In this document: positions 36,545 to 46,011 of the stretch, one piece after another
Numbering within the stretch: the first letter of the stretch is position 1
How the letters are laid out: the number at the start of each line of letters is the position of its first letter
IMG/VR virus record: IMGVR_UViG_2974529408_000001
Span: 2,893-66,892 of that record
Strand: one strand, 5' to 3'
DNA from: a virus
Taxonomy: Duplodnaviria; Caudoviricetes
DNA length: 64,000 nucleotides
Made by a program: the position numbers and the translations under genes
Notes under the pieces: generated by a model
Told to the model about the DNA's origin: nothing
The model's input: the letters and a program-made list of their open reading frames with translations, nothing else
Databases searched by the model: none

Positions 36545-38435
36545 GATAGTCGATGGGAAGATCGGCCTGGTCACCGAAGGCATGCACTGGGAGACCGGGC
36601 GCGACCTGGCCAAGATGGTCCCTGGCGGACGCTGGAACAAGGCCAAGAAGACCTGGACGTACCCGCTGGACTACCGCATCTGCTTGGAGATTCGGAAGGC
36701 GGCCAACAAGTACGAAGCCAAGGTTGCGATTGGACCCGAGCTGAATGCCTGGGCTCTGGCAGAGAAGGCGCGATTGGCCGACCGTCCCGAGGTCGACAGC
36801 ATGGAGCTTGTGGACCTGCCGAAGATTCGGGAGCAGCACCCCAACATCTGGGAGGCGATCAGCAGTCGCCCGTTCCAGACTGTGAGCGTCAAGTTCATAT
36901 CGCATGGTCGCTCAGCCGTCCTGGCGGACGACCCTGGTCTGGGAAAGACGCTTCAGTCTATCGCCACCGTTGCCAACAACTACGATGAGGGCATCTTCCT
37001 CGTGGTTGCGCCGAAGTCGGCCGCCAACATCACATGGCCCAAGGAGATCAGTCGTTGGCTCCCGATGGACACTGTTCACAACCTGGCCAATCTGACCTCG
37101 TACTCCACCGCCAAAGGCGAGCGGCAGGCTTTCCTGGAGTCCACCTTCTTTGCGTTGGAGACGCAGCCGGGACGGCACTGGGTGATCACCAATGACTACT
37201 GGATTCGGATTCGCGCTGAGAAGGAACGGGGCGAGTTCAAGCGGGATGCCAAGGGCAACGTCATCCAGCACTACAACCTGATCGAGCTGTTCGAGTTCGA
37301 GTGGGACGGTGTGATCGTTGACGAGTCCCACAAGGTGGTCATCGCAAACACCGCGAAGCGGTCCAAGCACACCCAGATGCGCTACGGCCTGGATAGTCTG
37401 CCCACGACAGACAATGCCCTGAAGTTGGCGTTGTCTGGTACGCCGATGCGCGGCAAGGCCGAGAACATGTGGGGCACGCTGAACTGGCTGAAGCCGAAGT
37501 ACTACACCAGCTACTGGAAGTGGATGGACAAGCACTTCGAGGCGTACGAGTCAGCGGATGGTTACGGCTCTGGCAAGGTGTACGAGGGTCTGAGGGATAA
37601 AGCGGCCTTCTACGAGGATATGAAGGACCTGTTCATCCGCCGTACGAAGGCTGAGGTAGCCTCTGATCTGCCTCCAAAGATGTACGGCGGCGAGCCGCTG
37701 AACCCCGACGACCCCGACTCACCGCATGGTGTCTGGCTCGATCTGCTGCCCAAGCAGAAGAAGCAGTATGAGCAGATGGTGAAGGAAGGGGCCACCGACG
37801 AGGGCATCATCGCCAACGGCATTCTGTCTGAATGGACCCGGCTCAAGCAGTTCGCTGGGGCAGTCTGCGAGGTCAGGGCAGATGGTTCAGTCGCCGCAAC
37901 CACAGAGTCCAACAAGATCGAGTGGATCGAAGAGTTCCTGGATGACCGAGGCATCTTGGATGACTCTGGCGAGAACAAGGTCATCATCGCCTCTCAGTTC
38001 TCGAAGATGGTAGACGCCATCGGCGAGCGACTGGACAAGCTGAAGGTTCCGTACTTCAAGCTGACTGGTGGCACGAAGACCAACGAACGAGTCACGATGG
38101 CGGATCGGTTCCAGGAGCCTGGTGGACCGAAGGTGTTCTTGCTGACCACGACCGCAGGTGGCGTCTCGCTGACCCTGGACGCGGCAGATGACGTGGTCAT
38201 CTGTGACGAGACCTGGGTTCCGGATGACCAGTTGCAGGTCGAGGATCGTGCTCACCGTCTGAGCAGAACAGACCACAACGTCACGATCTGGTACCTTCGC
38301 AGTCGGGGTACAATTGAAGAGGCTATCGCCGCCGTGACCACTGGACGTATGGATGAGACCCTCGGCGTCATGGACGAGTCCCGTGGCGTCGAAATCAAGC
38401 GCATTGCACTCAAGCATGAGGAGATTACCAAATGA
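36519..38435 (+). CDS. SNF2-like SF2 DNA helicase
   Basis: LADDPGLGKT, VDESH, LSGTP, QVEDRAHR; AGGAGG RBS. Confidence 0.9.
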   Translation: MVKRVVKTEIVDGKIGLVTEGMHWETGRDLAKMVPGGRWNKAKKTWTYPLDYRICLEIRKAANKYEAKVAIGPELNAWALAEKARLADRPEVDSMELVDLPKIREQHPNIWEAISSRPFQTVSVKFISHGRSAVLADDPGLGKTLQSIATVANNYDEGIFLVVAPKSAANITWPKEISRWLPMDTVHNLANLTSYSTAKGERQAFLESTFFALETQPGRHWVITNDYWIRIRAEKERGEFKRDAKGNVIQHYNLIELFEFEWDGVIVDESHKVVIANTAKRSKHTQMRYGLDSLPTTDNALKLALSGTPMRGKAENMWGTLNWLKPKYYTSYWKWMDKHFEAYESADGYGSGKVYEGLRDKAAFYEDMKDLFIRRTKAEVASDLPPKMYGGEPLNPDDPDSPHGVWLDLLPKQKKQYEQMVKEGATDEGIIANGILSEWTRLKQFAGAVCEVRADGSVAATTESNKIEWIEEFLDDRGILDDSGENKVIIASQFSKMVDAIGERLDKLKVPYFKLTGGTKTNERVTMADRFQEPGGPKVFLLTTTAGGVSLTLDAADDVVICDETWVPDDQLQVEDRAHRLSRTDHNVTIWYLRSRGTIEEAIAAVTTGRMDETLGVMDESRGVEIKRIALKHEEITK

Positions 38436-38599
38436 TCGACGCCAACATTGAACCCGACCGTTGCCTGATCTGCGGCGAGTTCATGGACTACTGCTTGGGG
38501 CATGGCCCCGACACCGAGCTGGACTTCTGGGACTCCCACGAAGCCGGGGACCACACCCGATGCAACAAGTTGGCATGTGAGGAGGCGAACCATGCTTGA
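38432..38599 (+). CDS. small Cys/His-rich protein (absent from ORF track)
   Basis: GAGGAG RBS, ATGA overlap; CLICG..DYCLGH...H..C. Confidence 0.6.
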   Translation: MIDANIEPDRCLICGEFMDYCLGHGPDTELDFWDSHEAGDHTRCNKLACEEANHA

Positions 38600-38852
38600 C
38601 TGGTTCATGGCACTGGGCTTCTCCGCCATCGGATTCATCGGCGGATGGTGCCTTGGCTATGCCATGAAGATGGACAAGATCAAGGAGCGGATGGTACAAG
38701 AGTACCACGAGGAGCAAGAGCACCGAAAGAGGCTTCAGCTGGAGCGTAATGGACGCAACGTTCCCAAGCGGCCTGATGCCGCTCCTGGGGCATCCCGCGT
38801 CCATTCAGTCAAGACTGGTCGCAACATGAAGCCGAGAGGAGGTGGAAGATGA
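38592..38852 (+). CDS. small membrane protein
   Basis: AGGAGG RBS; N-terminal TM. Confidence 0.7.
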   Translation: MLDWFMALGFSAIGFIGGWCLGYAMKMDKIKERMVQEYHEEQEHRKRLQLERNGRNVPKRPDAAPGASRVHSVKTGRNMKPRGGGR

Positions 38853-39010
38853 GCCAAGAGACTCGACGACAGAAGGCACTCACCGTGAAGTGCCCCAACT
38901 GTGACTCGGAACCATGGGAGCGATGCACTCAGCCGACTGATACGGCCCGTAAGCATGTCCGATGGGTTCACCTGGCGCGTGAACACGCGGCGATTGAGGG
39001 GCGCGAGTAG
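38849..39010 (+). CDS. small zinc-finger protein (absent from ORF track)
   Basis: AGGAGG RBS; CPNC..EPWERC...VHLAR. Confidence 0.65.
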   Translation: MSQETRRQKALTVKCPNCDSEPWERCTQPTDTARKHVRWVHLAREHAAIEGRE

Positions 39011-39053
39011 GTTCAGGCTCAGAAAACTTTTACCTACTTTTTAGATAGAAACG

Positions 39054-39082
39054 TTGCGTTCGCTACCGTCATCCGGTAGAGT
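39054..39082 (+). promoter_or_regulatory. SigA-type promoter
   Basis: TTGCGT-N17-TAGAGT with an AT-rich upstream tract. Confidence 0.7.
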
Positions 39083-39141
39083 CGAAGACGTACCGCAGGA
39101 ATGACCCCGAAGGGGTCACCATCAACCGAAGGAATGAAGCA

Positions 39142-39621
39142 ATGGCAGAAGAGACCGTGGCCGTCGACACCGAGGCCCAGGAGTCCGAGAAGGTCACCAA
39201 GGAGCGCACCCCGGTGAACCCCTTCGACAAGGAGCCCAGCCCGACCCATCGCTCGCTCGCCAAGTACGTCACCGAGAACTCGCCGGTGGAGCTGACCCCG
39301 GAGCAGGCGCAGGCCGTCCTGGTGCTGCATGGCCAGTGGCAGGCCAGCCCGGAGCGCAAGGCCGAGCGCGAAGCTGAGAAGGCTGAGAAGGCCCGCCTGG
39401 CCGAGGCAGCCAAGGCCGAGCGTGAGCGTAAGGCTGCTGAGCGGAAGGCCGAGAACGAGCGCAAGGCCGCTGAGAAGAAGGCCAAGGAGGCAGCCAAGGC
39501 TGCCGAGGCCAACGACGACGACAGCGACCTGGACGCCGTGGACAACTCGGACGACGACACCGAGACCGAGGCTCCCAAGCCGCGTCGTCGGCGCAAGGCA
39601 CCGGCCACCGTCGACGCCTGA
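39142..39621 (+). CDS. hypothetical protein with Lys/Ala/Glu coiled coil, paralogue of 29379..29801
   Basis: GAAGGA RBS; strongly biased codons; AQAVLVLHG; RRKAPA tail. Confidence 0.85.
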   Translation: MAEETVAVDTEAQESEKVTKERTPVNPFDKEPSPTHRSLAKYVTENSPVELTPEQAQAVLVLHGQWQASPERKAEREAEKAEKARLAEAAKAERERKAAERKAENERKAAEKKAKEAAKAAEANDDDSDLDAVDNSDDDTETEAPKPRRRRKAPATVDA

Positions 39622-39775
39622 TCCGCCCCCCCCCTGGGCCAGGCTCCCTGCCCTAGCGACATGGGGCAGGGGGTTCTGGTGGAGGCTGGGAAAACCGAAC
39701 CGCCAGTGACGTGCCTAGCCTCCTCCAGAGCCTTTAACAACATGAGAACGTAAAACAGAGAACAGGACCACTCGG

Positions 39776-40993
39776 ATGGCAGAACTCCAGATGCTTCGCT
39801 CTTCGGAGCGGAGCCAATTCAAGAAGTGCCCGCAGTCGTGGTGGTGGGGCTACGTCGAAGGTCTTCGACTGGCAGGCTCTGAGTCCATCCCGCTGTGGTT
39901 CGGCACCGGACTCCATCTCGTGTGGGCCGAATACTACATCCCAGGTTCCAAGCGGGGACGCAACCCGCACGAGACCTGGGATGAGTACTGTGGCGACGAG
40001 AACTTCGACGTGGTGAAGATCATCACGGACACCGAGGATGGACACGAAGTGTTCACCGACGCCAAGGAACTCGGCCACATCATGATTGACGAGTACCTGG
40101 CTGAGTACAAGGGTGACCCCAACTGGTACGTCGTTGCACCGGAGCAGCGCATCAGGGCCATCCTGCCTCACCCAAAGGACCTTACCCGACCGTACGTGGA
40201 CCTTCGTGGTACCATCGACCTCGTGGTTCGGGACGAGGCGAAGAATGGCCAGCTGGACCTCGTGGATCACAAGCACATGGCCAAGCTGTCCGTTGCCCAT
40301 CTTCCGATGGATGAGCAGCTGGGTGGCTACACGACCGTGGCGGAACATGCGCTGAGGTCTGCCGGGTTGATCTCGAAGACCGACACCATCGACACGATCA
40401 TCTACAACGTGCTGGCGAAGGCGAAGCCTGATACCCGACCGCGTGATCCCCAGGGGCGCTACCGGAACCAGCCCAAGAAGGCAGACTACATCGAGGCACT
40501 GGTCAAGCTGGGCCACGACAGCGGCGACTACGCAGATCGGGCCGATGATCTGAACCTGTCCGTTGAGGCAATCGAAGACCAGGACCGCAAAGAGCTGTCA
40601 AAGCTGACCCTCCCGAAGCTAAAGGCTGAGGCTGATGATTGTGACCTAGTAGTCTTCGGCGAGATCAGCAAGCGGCAGGGCACCCGGCATTTCCACCGAG
40701 AGGAAGTGTCCCTGACCAAGAAGCGGAAGCGCCGCCAGATTCAGCGCATTGGCGAGGACATGTTTGCCATGAACGCCGTGCGGAATGGCAAGCTGCCCAT
40801 CATGAAGTCGCCCGGTGAGCACTGCTCCTGGTGCCAGTTCCGTGAACTCTGCGAACTGGATGAGTCGGGCGGCGACACAGACGAGTTCAAGAAGATGGTC
40901 TTCAACAAGGAAGACCCGTACGCCGACCATCGGGAAGGCGCTGAGAACAGCAAGACCACGGTCCTGCTCAAGAGAAAGACAGGGGTGAGTTGA
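39776..40993 (+). CDS. Cas4/RecB-like PD-(D/E)XK exonuclease
   Basis: KCP, GTGLH, GTIDLV...VDHK, QL..Y, CSWC.....C (four Cys). Confidence 0.85.
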   Translation: MAELQMLRSSERSQFKKCPQSWWWGYVEGLRLAGSESIPLWFGTGLHLVWAEYYIPGSKRGRNPHETWDEYCGDENFDVVKIITDTEDGHEVFTDAKELGHIMIDEYLAEYKGDPNWYVVAPEQRIRAILPHPKDLTRPYVDLRGTIDLVVRDEAKNGQLDLVDHKHMAKLSVAHLPMDEQLGGYTTVAEHALRSAGLISKTDTIDTIIYNVLAKAKPDTRPRDPQGRYRNQPKKADYIEALVKLGHDSGDYADRADDLNLSVEAIEDQDRKELSKLTLPKLKAEADDCDLVVFGEISKRQGTRHFHREEVSLTKKRKRRQIQRIGEDMFAMNAVRNGKLPIMKSPGEHCSWCQFRELCELDESGGDTDEFKKMVFNKEDPYADHREGAENSKTTVLLKRKTGVS

Positions 40994-40994
40994 T

Positions 40995-41189
40995 GTGGCG
41001 CGTTCCCTCAACACCAAGGGCCGGGAGGAGCTAGCACTGGTCCGGAAGCGGGTGATTCGGCAAGAAGCGTTGGGCCGAATCTCAGCGTACGACGCCCGCG
41101 TTCTCCTGGACAAGATCAACGAACTCGACGCACTGATCATCAAGACCAACGAGCAAGACCAACCAGACAAGGAGACATTCAGTGTCTAG
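40995..41189 (+). CDS. hypothetical protein
   Basis: Fills the gap between nuclease and ATPase. Confidence 0.65.
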   Translation: MARSLNTKGREELALVRKRVIRQEALGRISAYDARVLLDKINELDALIIKTNEQDQPDKETFSV

Positions 41190-42273
41190 CCTCCCCGCCG
41201 ATATTGTTGACCTTCAGGAGTTCGACGACTCCATCAACCTCGGCATCTACGGACCATCCGGTGTCGGCAAGACCGTCCTGGCTGGATCGGATGACAACGT
41301 CCTGTTCCTCGCTGTGGAGAAGGGAACCGTCTCCGCCAAGCGGCAGGGATCGAAGGCCAAGGTGTGGCCGATCAAGCAGTGGAACGATCTGGAGAAGGCG
41401 TACAAGTGGCTCGAAGCCAACCCCGACGTCTTCCAGTGGGTCGTCCTCGACTCGGTGACCGAGATGCAGCAGATGGCCATCCGTGAGATTCTGGCCAAGG
41501 CCCACGCCGAGAATGGCAGCCGGGACCTCGACATTCCGGCGATCCAGGACCACCAGAAGTGGCAGAACATCTACAAGCGGTTCATAAACTACTTCGTGGA
41601 GCTGCCCATTGACACCGTGTTCCTGTTCCTGGTTCGCACCGCCGTGGACGAGGACAAGAACGAGTTCCTCACGCCTGACATCCAGGGCAAGAACTACCAG
41701 CTGTCCCAGTACACCTGTGGCCAGATGAGCGCCTACGGCTACATGTCCAACCGCAAGGTTGCCATGAAGAACGAGAAGGGCGAGATTCTGGTCGACACTG
41801 GCGGAAAGCGCGTCCCCCAGATCATCCGTCGCATCACCTGGATGGACACCGGAACGATCCGTGGAAAGGATCGCTACAACATCCTGGAGCCGTACACCGA
41901 GGACCTGACCCTCAAGGACATTCGCATGCTGATCGAGGGCGAGGTCACCCGAGAGGACCTGGGGCAGTTCATCCGCCCGAAGGTCGTCGGCACCAAGGAA
42001 GAACTGCTGGCCCAGAAGAAGGCGGCGAAGGCCAAGGCCAACTCGAAGCCCAACCGTCGCAAGGCGGAGCAAGAGGCGGCTGAGAAGGAAATGGAGCAGA
42101 TGGCAGCGGATGAAGACGCCGCCGCTGAGCCGGATGACGACGCCGCTGAGGTCGAGACGGCCAAGGCCGACGAGAAGGCCCACAAGGACGAGAAGGCCGA
42201 CGAGTCCAAGGACACCGAATCGGATGATGAGTTCGACTTCGAGATGGACGGGGACTTCGACTTCAGCGAGTAA
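41182..42273 (+). CDS. AAA_24/Sak4-like ATPase (recombinase candidate)
   Basis: IYGPSGVGKT Walker A, VVLDS Walker B, acidic tail. Confidence 0.85.
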   Translation: MSSLPADIVDLQEFDDSINLGIYGPSGVGKTVLAGSDDNVLFLAVEKGTVSAKRQGSKAKVWPIKQWNDLEKAYKWLEANPDVFQWVVLDSVTEMQQMAIREILAKAHAENGSRDLDIPAIQDHQKWQNIYKRFINYFVELPIDTVFLFLVRTAVDEDKNEFLTPDIQGKNYQLSQYTCGQMSAYGYMSNRKVAMKNEKGEILVDTGGKRVPQIIRRITWMDTGTIRGKDRYNILEPYTEDLTLKDIRMLIEGEVTREDLGQFIRPKVVGTKEELLAQKKAAKAKANSKPNRRKAEQEAAEKEMEQMAADEDAAAEPDDDAAEVETAKADEKAHKDEKADESKDTESDDEFDFEMDGDFDFSE

Positions 42274-42449
42274 TGTGTGGGGATAGTGGTGCATCGTTCC
42301 ATGCCACAACATGGTTCGCTTGGCGCTCAGTCCGGAACAGGGGCACCACAAGTCGGTATAGGCGGGTGAAGGCCGACACCTTAGACTACAACTGAATATC
42401 GTCTGTACCTGAACATGTCAACGGAGTAACTGAACGAAACGAGAACACA

Positions 42450-43100
42450 ATGCCCAAGTTCAAGGGTGGATTCGGCATCGACGACGTCAATGAGGCGATC
42501 AACGCCGATGCCGGTGACGCGCAGGTGGGTTACACCGGAGAAGTCCCTCCCAAGGGAGTCTACCGGGGTCGCCTCAAGCGCATGGAGCTGACGAAGACTG
42601 GGGAGCGTTCCAACAACCCCGGTACTCCGATGCTCCGCATGCTGGTGGAGATCGACGAGCCCAAGGGCTCGAAGAAGAGCCAGTACAACGGATATGGCAT
42701 CTGGAACAACCAGACCATCACCAAGAAGTCGACCGGCTTCGTCAACCAGGTGCTGGAGGCCCTGGTCGGGGGCAACGAGCAGAATGCCAAGGCCGTCAAG
42801 ACCTGGTTCTGGAAGGAGCAGTTGGTCACCGACGAACCCGAAGGTGGGCACATTCTCGCCATCGGCAAGTTCAAGATCAACTCTCCCGAGGCTGACATCG
42901 CCGTCATCGTGGACACGAAGAACAAGCGCACCAACGCCGAGTACCCCGACCCCGGTCTGGAGATCAAGCGGTGGCTGGTTCCGAGTGGCGACTCCGACGA
43001 CGACGACTCGGTGGATGAGGTTGATGACGACCTCGACGCCGACGAGTTGGATGACGAGGACGAGCTGGGTGACGACGACGACCTGGAGGCCGGGTTCTGA
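42450..43100 (+). CDS. single-stranded DNA-binding protein (putative)
   Basis: PPKGVY motif, long Asp-rich tail ending in F, follows nuclease/ATPase. Confidence 0.7.
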   Translation: MPKFKGGFGIDDVNEAINADAGDAQVGYTGEVPPKGVYRGRLKRMELTKTGERSNNPGTPMLRMLVEIDEPKGSKKSQYNGYGIWNNQTITKKSTGFVNQVLEALVGGNEQNAKAVKTWFWKEQLVTDEPEGGHILAIGKFKINSPEADIAVIVDTKNKRTNAEYPDPGLEIKRWLVPSGDSDDDDSVDEVDDDLDADELDDEDELGDDDDLEAGF

Positions 43101-43147
43101 CCAGTTCGGCGTAACCCCCGCTGGTTGGTCTATCTAGACCGTATCTG

Positions 43148-43193
43148 AGGATGACGGGGTCGGTTCGGTATACCGGATCGGCCCCGTCATCCT
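43148..43193. terminator. 46-bp near-perfect palindrome
   Basis: AGGATGACGGGGTCGGTTCGGTA|TACCGGATCGGCCCCGTCATCCT. Confidence 0.65.
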
Positions 43194-43233
43194 GCGTCTA
43201 GGCCGCGTGCCGGTACCGTATACGCGGGCCGGA

Positions 43234-43244
43234 TAGGGTAGAAT
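43234..43244 (+). promoter_or_regulatory. TAGGG-TAGAAT promoter motif
   Basis: Near-consensus -10 about 35 bp upstream of the operon start. Confidence 0.6.
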
Positions 43245-43278
43245 AATCGGAGTAGAGGAACCCCGAGAGGACAACAAA

Positions 43279-44085
43279 GTGAAAGTATGCGTGATTGGCT
43301 GTGGGCCTACGGGACTCTTGGCATCAGCCGCCGCAATGGAGATGGGGCATCAGGTTGAAATCTGGTCCCAGCCGAAGAAGTCAGAACTCTTCGGTGCCCA
43401 GTACCTGCACTGCCAACCGCCGCTCGTCCAGGGCGTTCCTGAGTTCACCGTGAACTACGAGACCTTGGGTGGAGCTGAGGCATACCGAAAGAAGGTCTAT
43501 GGCCCCAGCTGGGATGGAACGGTCAGCCCCGAGGACTTCCAAGAGCCGCATCAGGGTTGGGACATTCGTTTCACCTACGAGGTGCTATGGTCGCTGTTCG
43601 AGTGCAGCATCCACCCCTTCACCATCTCGAACTTTGATGAGGCGAATGTACTGATCGACTTCGACCAGTATGATGTGGTCTTCAGCTCGGTGCCTCGCAC
43701 CGTTTGGAAGATGGGCAATGAGGTATTCCTCAGCCAAGATGTTCTGGCAGTCGGCGACACCACCTGGCGGAAGCTGGACGTACCGATCCCACCGAACACT
43801 GTGATCTGCAACGGTCTCAACCATCCATCCTGGTACCGAGGTTCACACATCGACGGGTTCAAGACGCTCGAATGGCCGCTGCGGGACAAGTTCGATCGAG
43901 CAATCAAGCCACCCATCCCTGGCGTCGTCAAGGTCAAGAAGCCTTTGGCCTACCGACCTGATCCGAACAAGCCGAACCCGGCTGACCAGAGGTTCCATCA
44001 CATCGGAAGGTATGGAGAGTGGAAGAAGGGCGTGCTGACCAGCGACGCTATCGCCACCGTGAGGGAAGTGTTGGGTGATGGGTAA
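43279..44085 (+). CDS. FAD-dependent oxidoreductase (UDP-galactopyranose-mutase-like architecture)
   Basis: N-terminal VIGCGPTG Rossmann motif, GAQYLH, C-terminal GRYGEWK. Confidence 0.75.
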   Translation: MKVCVIGCGPTGLLASAAAMEMGHQVEIWSQPKKSELFGAQYLHCQPPLVQGVPEFTVNYETLGGAEAYRKKVYGPSWDGTVSPEDFQEPHQGWDIRFTYEVLWSLFECSIHPFTISNFDEANVLIDFDQYDVVFSSVPRTVWKMGNEVFLSQDVLAVGDTTWRKLDVPIPPNTVICNGLNHPSWYRGSHIDGFKTLEWPLRDKFDRAIKPPIPGVVKVKKPLAYRPDPNKPNPADQRFHHIGRYGEWKKGVLTSDAIATVREVLGDG

Positions 44086-44776
44086 CAATGGATCTCAGGC
44101 GTTCGATAACGGTAAACCAATTATCGCGTTGGACATTGACGGAACCCTCGGCGACTTTCATGGACATTTCCTTCGGTTCGCCGAAGCCTGGTATGGACGG
44201 CCTATGCCTGATCCCAGTGAGATTAATCCTGGGCTCCCGCTGCACAAGTTCATGCAGACGAGCAAGGCCACATATCGGCAATGCAAGCTTGCATACCGAC
44301 AGGGTGGTCTCAAAAGAAGTATGCCTGCCTACCCAGGAGCTGCTGGACTTACTCGATATATCCGCCAGAGTCTCGGTGCAGAGGTTTGGATCTGTACTAC
44401 CAGACCTTATCTACGTCTGGACAACATCGACCCAGACACCCGTCACTGGCTCCGTCGGAACAATATCCAATATGATGGCGTCGTGTGGGGGCCGCACAAA
44501 TACCGTGACCTGGCCAAGAGGGTTGGAACGGATCGCATTGTGGCGGTACTGGATGATGAGCTTGGCCTTGTCAAGCAAGCTAGAGAGGTTGGGGTTGAAA
44601 ACGTCTACCTCAGAGACCAACCGTACAATATTTGGTCGGATGCTCTCGGTAGGCCCAATCGCCGAATCATGAAGAAAGATGGGGTCATCCGGATTGACGG
44701 AAACTATGACCGGGGATTGATTCAGAAGTACCTCAGATGGGACGTGGAAGGATGGCACCAAGCAAGAAGCTTGTAG
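44078..44776 (+). CDS. HAD-family phosphatase / 5'(3')-deoxyribonucleotidase-like
   Basis: DIDGTL motif I, TTRP motif II, K, LDD, PYN. Confidence 0.85.
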   Translation: MGNNGSQAFDNGKPIIALDIDGTLGDFHGHFLRFAEAWYGRPMPDPSEINPGLPLHKFMQTSKATYRQCKLAYRQGGLKRSMPAYPGAAGLTRYIRQSLGAEVWICTTRPYLRLDNIDPDTRHWLRRNNIQYDGVVWGPHKYRDLAKRVGTDRIVAVLDDELGLVKQAREVGVENVYLRDQPYNIWSDALGRPNRRIMKKDGVIRIDGNYDRGLIQKYLRWDVEGWHQARSL

Positions 44777-44961
44777 ATGAGCTGGCCAACATCAGCAGTG
44801 GGAAGACACACTGGGCCAAGGACGACGAAGGATCGCCACTCTGTGGCACTTCACTGTGGGGCAGCCTATCAGGAACCATTGATGACCCCGACTACATCAA
44901 CTGCGTGACCTGTAAGACCTGCCTACGAATGATCAAGAAGCGAATGGAGAGAGAAGAATGA
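44752..44961 (+). CDS. small Zn-binding hypothetical protein
   Basis: H...LCG...CKTC. Confidence 0.6.
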   Translation: MAPSKKLVDELANISSGKTHWAKDDEGSPLCGTSLWGSLSGTIDDPDYINCVTCKTCLRMIKKRMEREE

Positions 44962-45290
44962 CTGACGCGATTGTGCTCACCGTGGACTACTACCCTGACC
45001 GACTGAGCACCCAGGGTGCCGAAATCATGTACCAGATCGCCCCGGTTGTCCTGGAGAACTTCGCTCGGAAGAACGCGGACTACGGCGACACCAGTTTCGA
45101 CCTGGGCATCGCCGGGCAGTACGCCGAGCTGTGGCGGAAGGTCGGCAAGCTCAAGGGGCCGATGTGGGAAGGCAAGGAACTGGCCTTCGAGCAGATGGAC
45201 GAGATCATCGAAGACCTGATCGGTCACTGCCTCCTGTCCCTCTACTTCATCAAGCAGCAGAAACTGAAAGGAACCATCAGCAATGGCTGA
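44958..45290 (+). CDS. nucleotide modification associated domain 1 (Nmad1/DUF1599-like) protein
   Basis: FARKNADYGD...K..KL...E...DLIGH signature. Confidence 0.8.
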   Translation: MTDAIVLTVDYYPDRLSTQGAEIMYQIAPVVLENFARKNADYGDTSFDLGIAGQYAELWRKVGKLKGPMWEGKELAFEQMDEIIEDLIGHCLLSLYFIKQQKLKGTISNG

Positions 45291-46011
45291 CGAGTTCGGA
45301 TGCGACACTGGCGTTCATGGTCGCAAGGAGAACCAGGGCAAGGGCTGGGTCGCCAAGTACGATGCCCGTGAGAACCCCCAGATGGATGAGCCGCTGAACT
45401 TCGCACTGTTTGGCCTGGCTCGCCAGCAGGAGTTCCTGGACATGAAGTGGCGCGAAGTCGACTGGGACCTTCCCGTTCTGGACCTCGGACCGGGGAACAA
45501 GATCATCCCCGGTGCGGTCCGGTGTGAGTACCCTGAGTACAACTTCGAGTCACCGGACTTCCTGCCCACGGCTCAGACGTCTACATCATTCAAGTTCCTA
45601 AGCTCGGATGACGTTCTGGATGGGAAGTTCGGGTACACTGACGCATACTCCCAGTACCGATGCACGTTGCCCTACCCAGACAACTCGGTGGGTGGCATCT
45701 TCGCGGTGAACATCCTCGAACACCTCTGGGACCCGAGACCGATCATGGAGGAGTGCGCCCGAGTCCTGGCACCGGGTTGCCCGCTGAACATCGTCGTGCC
45801 CCATGCCCACTCGGTGATCTACTCGCAAGACCTGGACCACAAGAAGGAGTTCGTGCTGGACTCCTTCAAGAACTGGCTCAACAACCAGTACTGGGGTCCG
45901 GATCGGACCGCGTTGAGGCTGCGGGTCGGCACCCTGTTCAAGTTCTCCATCAAGGAGGGCAACGAGAACATCCAGTGCCAGCTCGTGAAGAAGTTCGATT
46001 CGGAGGAGTGA
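45283..46011 (+). CDS. class I SAM-dependent methyltransferase
   Basis: LDLGPG, LPYPDNSV, LEHL, RVLAPG, IVVP. Confidence 0.8.
   Translation: MADEFGCDTGVHGRKENQGKGWVAKYDARENPQMDEPLNFALFGLARQQEFLDMKWREVDWDLPVLDLGPGNKIIPGAVRCEYPEYNFESPDFLPTAQTSTSFKFLSSDDVLDGKFGYTDAYSQYRCTLPYPDNSVGGIFAVNILEHLWDPRPIMEECARVLAPGCPLNIVVPHAHSVIYSQDLDHKKEFVLDSFKNWLNNQYWGPDRTALRLRVGTLFKFSIKEGNENIQCQLVKKFDSEE

Noticed and set aside
39626-39634. C9 homopolymer as a phase-variable switch
   Set aside because: Intergenic, just after a stop codon and outside any recognisable promoter spacer
39776-40993. CRISPR-Cas system implied by the Cas4-like gene
   Set aside because: Solo phage nuclease in a recombination module; no cas1/cas2 or array
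42274-42449. tRNA gene
   Set aside because: Contains GGTTCG but no cloverleaf with correct arm spacing could be built
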